Origin: Eledone cirrhosa
Taxonomy: Eukaryota
Assembly (NCBI GenBank): GCA_964016885.1
Contig: OZ024742.1
Coordinates: 127,286,001 to 127,350,000, forward strand
Length of the DNA stretch: 64,000 bases
Direction: 5' to 3'
The notes under the pieces are model-generated. The model ran no database searches, had not been told where the DNA came from, and saw only the letters and a list, made by a program, of their open reading frames with translations. Shown here piece after piece: positions 1 through 11,669 of the stretch. Within the stretch, counting starts at the first letter, position 1. Every line of letters starts with the position of its first letter. A program made the translations under genes and the position numbers.

Positions 1-130
1 GCACTTGTTATCACATCTAGGTGTTTTGCCTGCATCCCTATCTCTTTTGTGAATCAGGTATTTCGTGCTAATCTCCTGTTCCTGGATCGCAATGCGTATC
101 CTTCAAAGTGGGAGCCAATATAGCGGTTGT

Positions 131-235
131 TGGTCCCATATCATAATATCTGGTCCCATATCATAATATCTGGTCCCATATCATAATATCTGGTCCAATA
201 TCATAATATCTGGTCCCATATCATAATATCTGGTC
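131..235. repeat. 20-bp tandem repeat TGGTCCCATATCATAATATC x5 at a junction inside the RLE coding region
   Basis: Units start at 131, 151, 171, 191 and 211. The unit derives from the DIMIWDQ codons. Confidence 0.95.
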
Positions 236-542
236 TGTTATGCCTGCATTTTATTGGGGTTTTTACTGGAACATTCCACCAGTACTCTTTCATATTATGT
301 ACATGGATGTCTTCCACATTGCTGTAGCTTTTAATGTGTTTATTATCGGGGCTGTCTTTTTTACGAACTGCATTGTACAGTGTTTTGGCCACTACATCAT
401 GCCTCATAGGTAGATAGTACCGCGGTGACATTTGTGGACAGCTGCTGATGACATGGGTGATATCCTCGATGTTAGTTCTGCATCTAGGTGTTTTGCCTGC
501 ATCCCTATCTCTTTTGTGAATCAGGTATTTCGTGTTAATCTC

Positions 543-2039
543 CTATTCCTGGATTGCAAAAGCGTATCCTTCAAAGTGGGAGCCAATATAGCGGTTGTTG
601 GTCCAAGATAGACTACTTTCCTTATCTATATTACTCTCACTCTGGAGCTTCCTGGCAACATATCCATGCATGAATTTTTGCTGATAAGCATGCAGTTTTT
701 CATCCATGGATTCACTGCGATACTGCTGAGCGACTTCCCTGGGTGTGAGTTTTTGATTATCACACCGGGAATATCTCTCGAGGAGTTCCTTCCCAACTCT
801 CATGATCTTATCTGTTTCATGCAGATAGACTTGCTCGAGAAACGGGCTCCTACGCTTCGAGGTTCGTAGATGTTGTCGGAGAGATATGACGCGACATTCA
901 AATGTTGTCTGGACTGATGTTAAGCCTCTGCCTCCCTGCTTACGTTGCAAGTAAAGGCGGTCTATGTCACTGTTGATGTGGAAGTTTCCGGTGTTGTTTA
1001 GTATTTTTCGAGTTCCAATATCAACTGCTCGGATTTCGTCTATCTTCCAATTCAGTATTCCAAACGTTGGTGTTAGGACAGGCACAGCAAACACATTGTG
1101 AGCCACTGTTTTGCTTTGCGCAGAGAGCTCCGATGACCAGATCTTTCTTAATCGGGTGTAGTATTCCCAGGTTACGCGTTCTTTATTACAGATACCATTA
1201 TAGGATATGTTCTCATCTATCCCCAGGTATCTGTAGCAGTCCTCATCAGATATCGGTGAAAGAGTTAGGCCATTGATGACAATGTTGCTAGATTGGGTTG
1301 TTGTTTTTCCCCGCTTTACAGTCATGTGTGAGCATTTATCTTGGCCAAACTCCATTCCTATATCCTTTGAGAACGTAGTAACCAGGTCAAGATTTTTCTT
1401 CATCTCATCCCTGTTCTTGGCATAGAGTTTCAGATCGTCCACAAAGAAATTATGGGTTAGGTTCGTATTTCTGTCTTCCTGTGAGCCAATGATGTATCCA
1501 CATTTCTTGAGCAGAAAGGACAAGGGGTTTAATGACAAGATGAATAATATCACAGAGAGACTGTCCCCCTGAAATATACCCCTGCAGTATTTTATTTTAT
1601 CAGTGAAAATAGAGTCCTCCCTCTCTGTCTTTAACCTTAGGATAGTAGCCCAAGAAGAAGACAGCCTCTCTATGGCTCTGACAATAATGTCTGGGACTTT
1701 AGCAAGTTGGAGGGCCTCTATCATCCAAGAGTGGGGAACAGAATCGAAAGCTTTCCTGTAGTCCAGCCAGACTGTAGCCATATTCCTCCTAAGTTGTCGC
1801 ACCTCCGACATCGCAGTTTTGTTGATTAGGAGTTGTTCAGCACATCCCCAAACCCATTTCTTTCCAGCTGCTTGTTCATTTGTGATGATGTTATTATTTT
1901 CACAGTGATCTTGGAGGAATAGGTTCAGGCAGGCTGTATACATCTTATACATCAGGTTCTGGCATGCAATGGGTCGGTAGTTTTTTGCCAAGTGGGTGTC
2001 TTTGTTCTTGGGGACCAGTAATGTTTGTGCTAATGTCAA
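543..2039 (-). pseudogene. Reverse transcriptase ORF remnant of the R4/Dong element
   Basis: 498-aa ORF with non-LTR RT motifs. It ends at a premature TAG (gaa TAG gag) where the duplicate at 1-135 reads gaa CAG gag. Confidence 0.9.
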
Positions 2040-2869
2040 CCATTCTGGTATAAGTGTATCTCCCTTAAGAACTTGTTGGTAGAGGTCAGTAAGATACCTC
2101 CGATAGAATATCAGGTTTTGGACCAGTAGCCGACAATCATGTCTTTTCCTGGTCCTGGTGTTTTCTTATCTTGGAGTTTTCCGATCACAGTCTCAAGGGT
2201 ACCCGCACTTATTTCGTATGTTTTTGTTGTAGTGTAGGAGCAATAGTTCTTTCGGATTTCTCTTAGCCACACTACATCTTGGTTGAAATTCTTCTTTTCA
2301 CCCCATATTTTGCTCCAAAAGGAATCTATGTCTTTCTGGGATGGGGCCTCAGTGACACTTATTACTTTGTTCTTCATATCTCTATTGACTGATGTTTGGT
2401 TTCGTCTGAATCTTTTATTAAGCACTTTTCTCTCATCTACCTTCTTCAGGTATCGGCGTTTTTTGCTAACAGCTCTCAATTCTTGTTTGAGGGTGATCAG
2501 CTTATATTGAAGAGTTCTGGTTCTACTGTTACCAAACATCGTCTCTAATTTATTTTTCACTCTTTGTTGGTGAGGAGTGAGGTTTTTTTGTGTTTGTTTG
2601 CATTTAAGGAGCATTGTCACATATCCTATGGTTTTTCGTAGGTCAGCAATCTTTTTTTCTATTGTAGTTATATATGATGGTATTTTTGGTGGTGTTCTGT
2701 TCTTGTTAATATCTCTGTTATCACCAAGATAATGCTTTACTGTCGTTGCTAGGGCATATAAACAGGCGTTGATTTTTCCAAAATGTTGGGGTTTTTATCC
2801 GTCGTAAATATTCATCCCCAATTTCGTCAATAACACGTAATATTTCATTATTTGTTTTTTTATTAAACA

Positions 2870-3874
2870 CTAGCAGTAAAGCCCGGCGTTGCTCGGGGTC
2901 GCTCAGTAGCTGTGTTAAAGTTACAATGTTAAGTTTCTTTTTTGGCTTAAAAACTGTAGTGTCTACTGTGCAGACTTGCATGTGGTGTTTTTGATTAATA
3001 TTCCCTCAACCAACAATATGCCTTATGAAGTTAAGAAAATATAACCCGAATGTTATAACAAAAGAGGATGCTGGGGATAGAAACTGCACTGGTTATTTAT
3101 TAACAAAGATCGAAAATGTAAACACTGCAACGCAGAGAAAAACATTAGCGTAACCAAATTATCAGTTATGTCTGTCTGCACGCCTATATCACCTCTCTGC
3201 ACGACTGTCTGTCTGCACGCCTATATCACCTCTCTGCACGACTGTCTGTCTGCACGCCTATATCACCTCTCTGCACGACTGTCTGTCTGCACGCCTATAT
3301 CACCTCTCTGCACGACTGTCTGTCTGCACGCCTATATCACCTCTCTGCACGACTATCTGTCTGCACGCGTATATCACCTCTCTGCACGACTGTCTGTCTG
3401 CACGCCTAACGACGAAATATTTGCTTGTTTTACGTAGTCTTTAAATAGACTTGTTTTCAAGTAAAAATATTGTTTTAAAATGCTTTTAAATGGAAATGAA
3501 GCAAAACGGAAGCTTAGTGTTCGAACTGATGAATTTTGCAGGTCAATATTTTGCTGGCTCGACAACTGTCTGTTCGTGTATTGTGTTAATGTCATTTTAA
3601 ACGCTGAGAAAGCCAGCGTAATTTTTTACGTAAGACGCTCAATGTAAACAGAACAAAGGGAAATAACTGATAACTTACGCTCAAAAATCGATACATTATA
3701 TTCGATTTCGTCACATAGGGTGGGTGAATTTGAAATATTTTTTTTTCCGATGTCTTCGCTAGGGCTTAATGTACAAGTATAGCAATTTCGGTGCAATTCC
3801 GTGAGAGATTCTAAGAGGAGATGTGTGCCAAAAATCGATAGACAGACAGACAACCACAGTTTTATATATATAGA
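2870..3874 (-). mobile_element. Non-autonomous Helitron
   Basis: On the minus strand: 5' TCTATATATATAAAA at 3874, subterminal hairpin CCCGAGCAACGCCGGG, 3' CTAG at 2870. Inserted between A and T with no TSD; removal restores the LINE frame (KTT-MFNKKTNNE). Confidence 0.9.
3168..3407. repeat. 37-bp minisatellite (about 6.3 copies) inside the Helitron
   Basis: Unit CTGCACGCCTATATCACCTCTCTGCACGACTGTCTGT; CGCCTATA recurs at 3181 and 3218. Confidence 0.95.
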
Positions 3875-4768
3875 TTGTCGTTTTAACACGTTCAGCAAGA
3901 GAGATATTTATACACGAATTAATTTCTCTCCGGAAGATTTCGTTGAGGGAAATTTTCAATTGTTTATACTTTTGATTATTATCATTATCGATAGTATTTT
4001 CCACAACAGTCGAGGTAGACTCGGATGATACACATGGTGTCAAATTTCTTCGATTATTATTATTATCGATAGTGTTTTCCCCAGCATTCGAGGTAGACTT
4101 AGATGGTACACGTGGTGTCAAGTTTCTTACAGGCATAGTTGTTTCAAGGCGCTGTTCGACCTGGCTGCTAGGAAGTCTAGTAGCATGGCGACCTGTAGCA
4201 CGTGTTGTTGATAACATGTTTGTTGTGGGGTCTTACAATTAATAATATTTATCTTATTTTTACGTTCAACAAACGTCGCTTGTTGGCGTAATTGTTTCGC
4301 TGTGAAGTGATTTAGCTCTGGATGCATTTCGTCCCAGTGTAGCTTCATTCTATTCATATAGCCAAAGGAGGGATTGTTTTTTGCCATTTTATAACAATTA
4401 AATAAATCATCATTAAGTTCGCAAAACCAAGAGAAATGCGATTTATAATTTCGGTCACTTCTGTAGCTACAACTAAATAAAGTTTGTTTACCTTTCTTGT
4501 TGGTTGTCTTCGGTACTTCCTTAATTTTGTTCTTGGTGTTGTGTTCAGCCATGCTGCTTGTAGCAAATCCTTGTAAAATGAATTATGTATTTAGTCGGAT
4601 ATCTCTAGGAATTCGAATAAAAGGTGTCTTCAGAAGATACAGTTATTCAACATGACTGTAGTTGTGGCATTACTGTCGGAGATAGTATTCGTCTTAAATT
4701 TAATAAATAGTCTCCCACGTCAAAATATGCGACTGATCGCGTTGACTGTATAATGTATGTATGTATGT

Positions 4769-5218
4769 TCTCTCTTTCTCTTAATTTCAAGTATATTTAT
4801 GACCGGCCACCTTCCTGGTGGCAAGGTTGTAAAAGAAAAGAAATTGTCATCCCTTGAATCGCAAGAATGTTTTGCTAATTTTAAAGGTGCCAGCTATCGC
4901 AGCCATTTGTAGACTATGAATTAGGGAGCTGCGCTCTTTGTCCGCATATCCAAGTTCAGTTATACATTGGTCCAAGCGGGCTGGTATATAACCCGTAGCT
5001 CCAATAATGATGGGTATGAAGCTAAAGGTGTATCTTGGATACTGGATTTGTAAACTCCTCATCAATGGTCCGTAGATGTCCTCCTTCTCCTGTATTTTTT
5101 CTGACAACGTTTACATCAAGTGGGCAGCTGATCTCCACAACAGAACACGTTTTCAATGTGTGGTCCCAAACAACAATATCAGGCCGGTTGTGCTTTAATT
5201 TGGTGACAGTTTTTACTT
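4769..5218 (-). mobile_element. 5'-truncated R4/Dong 3' fragment (RLE domain plus 3' UTR) flanked by (CATA)n
   Basis: HNRPDIVVWD...VVEISCPLD...EKEDIYGPLMRSL...FIPIIIGATG. TATG repeats at 4753-4768 and 5219-5250. Confidence 0.88.
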
Positions 5219-5250
5219 TATGTATGTATGTATGCATATATGTATGTATG

Positions 5251-7562
5251 TCGATTAAAAAGTCGGTTTATGATGTAGGCAGGCGTGTTCTGGGATTGAT
5301 GCAGAGAAAACATCAAGACTGGTTTAATGAGAACGATGAACATATAGAAGACTTGTTGGCTGATAAGAGGCGTGCTCTGTCACGCTACTTGACGGCAAAA
5401 CCACAGCAGAAGAATATGTTGCATAAGGAACTCAATGATGTGAAATCACGTGTTAGGTGGAGTCTCTCTCAGATGAAGGATCAGTGGTGGAGTGAGAAGG
5501 CTGATGAGATACAAACTGCGTCAGATTCCAATAACACAAAGCTGTTGTACAGTCTCTTGCGTGAGGTTTATGGACCGTCTTCTTCTCTGGTGACACCGCT
5601 TCGCAGCAAGGATAGCAAAGAACTTCTTCATGACTCACAAGGAATTCTACGAAGGTGGCGAGAGCTGTTTCATGAGCTTTTGAATCAGCCCTCTGTCGTC
5701 AATGAATATTTCCTCAATCTCATTCCAGAAAGTCCTGTGAAAGTAGCTCTCGCAGAACCTCCGACGATTGTGGAGGTTGCAGTGGCTATTTCGAAGCTGA
5801 ACAGTGGAAGGTCTCCATGTATGGATGGCATACATGCAGAGCTCCTACAATTTGGTCGTGAGAGACTCCTGCAACATCTTCACTCTTTGTTTGGCAGGAT
5901 ATGGGCTAATGAATCCGTACCTGAGGACTGGAGAGATGCAGTAATGGTGGTCTTGTACAAGGGAAAGGGTAACAGGGATGATTGTGGGAACTACAGAGGT
6001 ATATCATTGCTTTCTGTCGTAGGGAAAGTTTTATGTAGGGTGCTTCTGGACCGTCTGCTGACACACATTGCAGATTGTGTTCTTCCTGAAAGTCAATCTG
6101 GTTTTCGTGCTGGACGCGGCACAACTGATATGATCTTCTCAGCTAGACAGCTCCAAGAGAAGTGCATGGAACAAGGTTTGGATCTGTATCAGGTTTTGTC
6201 GATCTGACAAAAGCTTTCGATACTGTTAACAGAAATGTATTATGGAAGGTTCTCCAGAAACTTGGTTGCCCTGATAAGTTCCTTGCTTTAGTTAGGTCTT
6301 TTCATGGCGACATGAAGGCTTGGGTTAATGTCGGAGCCTATCTCAGTAAAAAATGGAGTGAAACAGGGCATATTCCAGCACCGACCCTGTTTGCCATATA
6401 CTTTGCAATGGTTTTCTATATTGCATTCAGAAATTGCGATATCGAACATCAGGCCCTTTGCTGCAAAAACAAAAGTATTTACATCAATCATAAGAGACCT
6501 CTTGTATGCAGATGATTGCGATCTTGTAGCGCACACAGAGAGTGATATGCAGCACATTTTGAATGCATTTTCTGATGCTTGCACTGCCCTAGGATTTACT
6601 GTCAGTCTCAAGATAACCCTCGTCATGTACCAACCTGCCCTGGTAAGCAGTACAGTGAACCAAATATCTATGTGTACGGTAAACGACTTGGGGTGGTTGA
6701 TCAGTTTGTCTACCTGGGGAGCACTGTCAATCGATACAGCATCCTTTAAAATGTAATCCCACTCAGGATTAGGAAAGCAAGTGATGCTTTCGGAAAGCTA
6801 GAAAGACGACTCTGGGGACGGCGAGAGATATGCAAGAAGACAAAGGTAAAGGTGTACAAGGCATGTGTGCTCTCTTCTCTTCTTTATGCCTGCGAGACCT
6901 GGGTCACATATCGACACTACCTTAAGCAATTGGAGCGTTTCCATCAGATGTGTCTCAGACGGATCCATGGCGTTCACTGGAGGGACCACATCGGTGATGT
7001 CGAGATTTTGGAAAGCTCTCTGTGTGACAGTATAGAAGCTCTTGTGCTTAAGCAACGACTCCGTTGGAGTGGTCACCTTGCCAGGATGAAGGATTCTAGA
7101 ATACCAAAACAACTCTTTTATGGAGAGTTAGTTAAAGGAAAACGACCGCCACATAAACCAAAAAAAGAGGTATAAGGATTCCTTGAAAGCCTCTTTGAAA
7201 GACGTTAACATCTCTGCTGATACATGAGAAAATGTTGCTGCTGATCGTAATAAATGGAGAAAGACTGTATATGAGGGAAAAGTTGCCTTTGAGGCATCTT
7301 GAATCTCATATGAGAAAGTCATCTTCGCAGTCATAAAGTAAGACCAGTGGTTGACTACCAGGCTGTTGTTGGAGATGCTACTCATCATGCTTGCCAAGCA
7401 TGTGGTAGAGAATGTAAATCAGCAGGAGGGCTCAAACGACATGCAAAAGTACATGAACTACAACCACAGCCGGCTATTCCCAGTTTTGGTTGCCAACTCT
7501 GTGCAAGACATTTTAGATCATTGGCTGGGCTAAAAAGCCACATTCGATCGCAGCGCTGTTAA
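5251..7562 (+). mobile_element. RTE-clade LINE, 5'-truncated and frameshifted, with two C-terminal C2H2 fingers
   Basis: HQDWFNEN, GNYRGISLLSVVGK, ESQSGFRAGRGTTDMIF, FVDLTKAFDTV, LLYADDCDL, RLRWSGHLARMKDSRIPKQLFYGEL, CQACGRECKSAGGLKRHAKVH, CQLCARHFRSLAGLKSH. Confidence 0.92.
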
Positions 7563-7715
7563 TTGCTATCGTGTGTGTGTGTAGATATGTTTATGTTTAT
7601 GTGTGTGCGTGTATATATATATATATATGTGTATATTATTATTGTTGTTGTTGTTGTTGTCGTTATTACTATTGTTGTTATTATTATTTATTGTCATTAT
7701 TATGGGGGTTTTTTC

Positions 7716-7889
7716 GTAGAGAGTCGGACACCATGCTTTGACGCATAGAGTTACGGCCCTTGCGATTCTGAGTTCAAATCCCGCCGAGGTTAACTTTGCC
7801 TTTCATCCTTATGGGGTCGATAAAATAAAGTACCAGTAATGCACTGGGTAATTGCTGGCCTTGTGACTAAAAGTAGAAACAATTATTAT
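7716..7889 (+). mobile_element. tRNA-derived SINE (Meta-type core), head slightly truncated
   Basis: B-box GAGTTCAAATCC, core TTGCCTTTCATCCTTATGGGGTCGATAAAATAAAGTACCAG, and tail GTAGAAACAATTATT shared with the other copies. Confidence 0.9.
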
Positions 7890-7997
7890 GGGTTTGGGGG
7901 GGGGGGGCGGTTTTCTCGTTCAATGGCCATACTCGATAACCAGGGGGCAGCCATCATGTATGTATGTATGTATGTAGGTAGGTAGGTAGGTAGGTAG

Positions 7998-8464
7998 GTA
8001 GGTAGGTAGGTAGGTATGTTCTTCTGGTTTTATAATTTCACAAAGTTTTACCAATAGAGAGAGAGTCGGTTTCTAACATAGACAACAGGACTCTCTCATT
8101 GGAATTTACACAACATCAACTAGGTAGATATGTCTGCATGTATGCATGTGTAGATATGGATGTTATTGTATGTGTATGTTTTGAGTTGTATGTGTTCATA
8201 TGTATATGCTTAGTATCTGTACATGTGTATATGCAGTTATTAGATGCAACATTTTGGGAATGTTTTACATATTTTTACTGTTCCATTAATAGATTGTACT
8301 TGTAATTTCCTAACTAGTTGTGTTCTTTCTGTTCCTGTGAAGCCTAGCTTCTCAAGATTTGTATTGAGGCAGTTACTAACATATCCCAGTGCCCCAATAA
8401 TCACAGGCATAAATCTGAAGGTGTAATCAGGGTGGAGTATCTGCAGATTTCTCATCAGTTCTGC

Positions 8465-8466
<2 letters not shown>
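7998..8466 (-). mobile_element. Second R4/Dong 3' fragment (end of RLE plus 3' UTR) between (TAGG/TATG)n and (TATG)n tracts
   Basis: YAELMRNLQILHPDYTFRFMPVIIGALGYV...GTVKICKTF is homologous to 4847-5107. Confidence 0.85.
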
Positions 8467-8495
<29 letters not shown>

Positions 8496-9292
8496 TGTAT
8501 GTATGTATGTATGTATAAAAAACAAAACAAAACCTGTCAAAGGGCAAAGGAGCTCTTAAGAGTCAATGGCCATCCAAAATCACCGGGAGAGATGACCCCT
8601 TAGCCTTTGTCAAGGCACAATTCTAGGAGATGGAAAACTCTGATATAACACCTGCAACCCTGATGGTATCCAATGATGTTGACTTGTTCTTCTTTTTGGT
8701 AAATATCATCTTGGTTAAGAGAGTGGGACTGGCTTTGTGCAGTGCCTTTGCTCACTATAAAAGTTTCACGGCACAGGCATTGCTTTATAGCTGGAGATCT
8801 CTCTGTCCTTGTCGTCACATGGTACCATGGGCCCAGCACTATGTGTCAATAATTGTCACAAGTATAGTGTTTGTACCAGAGTTTTCAAGTCGCTGGCTAG
8901 ACTAAAAAGTCACACTCGTTCAGCGCATCGGTGGGGGTTCTCCTACATGGATATAAAGTAGTGGCCGTACTCGAAAACGAGTTGGCAGCCACCATATATG
9001 TATGTATGTAGATAGGTAGGTAGGTAGGTAGGTAGGTAGGTAGGTATGTATGTATGTATGTATATATCTATGTATGTATGTAGGTAGGTAGGTATGTATG
9101 CATGATATATAAAAAGAAAATGTATGTGTGTGTGACCATATGTTTTTCATGAAGTAAGTAAACCCCGAAATCAAATATGTCCTGGCAAGTTCGTATCGTT
9201 GTATAGCCGCAAAAGAAATTTTACCTTTTTATTATAATCGATTCGCTTCTCGGTACATTCCTAGAATAGAGACTATGCTGTGTCTCTGGGTC

Positions 9293-10645
9293 ACGTCGTC
9301 TTCTTCTTCTTCTTCTTCTTCTTCTTCTTCTTCTTCTTCTTCTTCTTCTTCTTCTTCTTCTTCTTCTTCTTCTTCTTCTTCTTCTTCTTCTTCTTCTTCT
9401 TCTTCTTCCTTACCCACGTATTCCTAGGAGGATCGTAGGGGGACAGAGTCCTCAGACACAACTTCCAGAGGGTCCTGTCAGAAGCAACGGTTTCCAATTG
9501 ATACGGCTGGATCCCCAATCGAGACCAGCCAAACTTATGGATGTTATTCAACCATCTTTCTTGGGGTTTACTCTTGGGCCTCCATTCGATTGGTTTTGCC
9601 CGTAAAATCTGTCACACGATTCTTTCCTGAGACACTCTAACCACATGCCCATAGTATCGGAGCTGTGATCCCTCAATTCGGAAAAGAAGCGACTCTACCA
9701 GAAGCAACCCTATGCTTTCCGAGCTATGCACTCTATCGAGTAACGTTACTCCAAAGACCCTTCAGAGGAGCCCCATTTTTGCCGCTTGTATTCATGATCG
9801 TATTCTTTCGGTCATTACATAACAATCATGAGTAAGAGTTAGCACAAATTCTGAATTGAAGATAGCGAGTTTGGCTTTTACGGCTACCTTTCTTCTTCTG
9901 ATTACCGAATGCTGAAGCTGGCGCACTATTTCTGATCTGAAGCCGGTCACAATACCATCTTCTGGTGTACATGAGGTGTATCTGGGAACGATAACTAATC
10001 TCTCGGCTGCTGAGGTCACAAGATCAATTAAATACCTCAAAAGTGGCAAGGCCATTGAGGAGGAAGAAATTCGGCCCGAGATGTTAAAAGCGTTAAATAG
10101 AAAAGGTATTCTCTGGCTGACTCGTGAGTACTGGGTGGCTTAGATCTCTGGAATGTCACCTAAGCAATTACAATCGGGAGTCATAATCCCAATTTTCAAA
10201 AAGGAAGACAAGATCGATTGTTTCAATTATAGAAGGATCTCCTTGTTAAGCCTCCCTGGTAAAGTCTATGCTAAGTGTCTGACAAAGAGATTTAGGGATA
10301 TTGCCGAATCCAAGCTAGCCGATGAACCGTGTGGTTTCCGCACTCAACGTAGCACAGTCGAGCAAATATTCACACTACGGCAGGGCTTTGAAATATCGTG
10401 GGAGTACTGCCAAGAGGTTTATACATGCTTTGTTGACCTCAAAAAGGCATTGTACCGCGTTCCACGGGACCTGCTGTGGAAGGTTCTGCAGGAGTATGGG
10501 ATCGATGGACAGCTTCCTGTTGCTTTGATGGCTATATACGAATACCCGAGTATTTGTGTTTGGATAAATGGTGCTAAATCGAAACCATTCAATGTTGGGA
10601 GTCGGACTCCGCCAGAGATTGACATGCGCATCCAGGTTGGGAGTG
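9293..10645. mobile_element. RTE-like LINE remnant: minus-strand 3' end with (GAA)n tail (9293 to about 9930) plus an inverted plus-strand RT segment (about 9940-10645)
   Basis: (TTC)n at 9298-9408. RT motifs FNYRRISLLSLPGKVYAK and [14 protein letters not shown] on the plus strand. The 3' part is homologous to 55880-56400. Confidence 0.82.
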
Positions 10646-10834
10646 CTATGTGTATATATGTGTATGTGTATGTATGTATATATATATATATATATATATG
10701 TGTATGTGTATGTATATATATATATATATATATATATACATACATATGTATATGTATGTATATGTGTATATAGGTGTGTATGTATATGTATGTGTGTGTG
10801 TGTGCATTTGTGTATATGTGCGCATGTGTATATA

Positions 10835-10913
<79 letters not shown>

Positions 10914-10990
10914 CGAAGGAATTGTGGTAAGGAACCAGATGGACCATAACGCACCAGAGTACTCAATACTTAGGGTAGTAGAGTGAGTAA

Positions 10991-11104
10991 TAGGAAAAAG
11001 TGTGACCCCGACGGCAGAGCTCAAGCAGTTTCGACGGATATTTCTGGACTGAAATGGCCGTCGAAACGGCTTGAGCTCTGCCGTCGGGGTCATACTTTTT
11101 CCTA
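10991..11104. repeat. 114-bp hairpin MITE with about 46-bp inverted arms, TA-bounded
   Basis: TAGGAAAAAGTGTGACCCCGACGGCAGAGCTCAAGCAGTTTCGACG ... CGTCGAAACGGCTTGAGCTCTGCCGTCGGGGTCATACTTTTTCCTA. Confidence 0.85.
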
Positions 11105-11114
11105 TATATATATA

Positions 11115-11655
11115 TAACTTTGATAGGTTTCGGTCAGTATTGGCCCAGGCCATGTCTAACTTAATAGCACCACCTGGCGAAGTCTTACAAACCAGTGTTT
11201 GAGCACCATGGCCCACTCGAGCAGAGAGTTATTGTTTACGGAGGCATATCCGGGTGTAGGAGGCTTATCCGGGATTTCTTGAAGGAATTTATCCAAAGAC
11301 TTCTTGAACTTGATGGGGTCTGTCTCTGCTTTGATGTGTTTTGGTGTAATGTTAAAGAGTGCAGGGCCAATACAGGTGAAATAATTGTACCGTATTGTTG
11401 TTATGTGATGCGAGTGAGATTTTTGTCGTGGGCGGATAGCACGTGGCCCAAGCCTTGGGTGTACACTAAAGGTGATGCCAACATCATTTGGGCTAAGCTG
11501 ATGGAATATTTTCCACATCATACAGATAATGTAGCGCTCACGGCGACGTTGGAGAGAATAAAGTTTGAGCTTTTCTAATCGACTCCAATAGTCAAGGCCT
11601 GTCATGCCCTCTATCTTTTTTGTAATTGACCTTTGGGGTGCTTCAACTTTCATGA
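11115..11655 (-). mobile_element. CR1/L2-group LINE 3' end
   Basis: ORF 11156-11653 with KIEGMTGLDYWSRLEKLKLYSLQRRRERY...FKKSLDKFLQEIPDKP, typical of the ORF2 C-terminus of this group; ends in (TA)n. Confidence 0.75.
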
Positions 11656-11669
11656 TACTTTTCGTGGTA

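Larger units (their letters stand above)
1..4752 (-). mobile_element. R4/Dong-type non-LTR retrotransposon (N-terminal Myb-like region, RT, CCHC plus restriction-like endonuclease), near full length, frameshifted, interrupted by a Helitron
   Basis: N-terminal W..ELNDDLFNCY..GYMNRMKLHW (4127-4552). RT in 543-2039 with YRPIAC, DYRKAFDSVPHSW, GIFQGDSLS and FFVDDLKLY. RLE start RHDVVAK...HNRPDIMIWD (201-431). The 5' UTR begins right after a (CATA)n tract at about 4753. Confidence 0.9.

Noticed and set aside
3168-3407. 37-bp repeat of CRISPR-repeat length
   Set aside because: Units are contiguous with no spacers and lie inside a Helitron.
4600-4639. Hammerhead-like UAUCUU-CUGAAGA...GAAUUCC-UA-GAGAUA in the Dong 5' UTR (minus strand)
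   Set aside because: Stem I pairs, but stem II cannot form and GAAA/stem III are absent. It would need sibling copies to rescue.
9232-9551. Poly-E and poly-K ORFs
   Set aside because: They are the (GAA)n tail of an RTE element.
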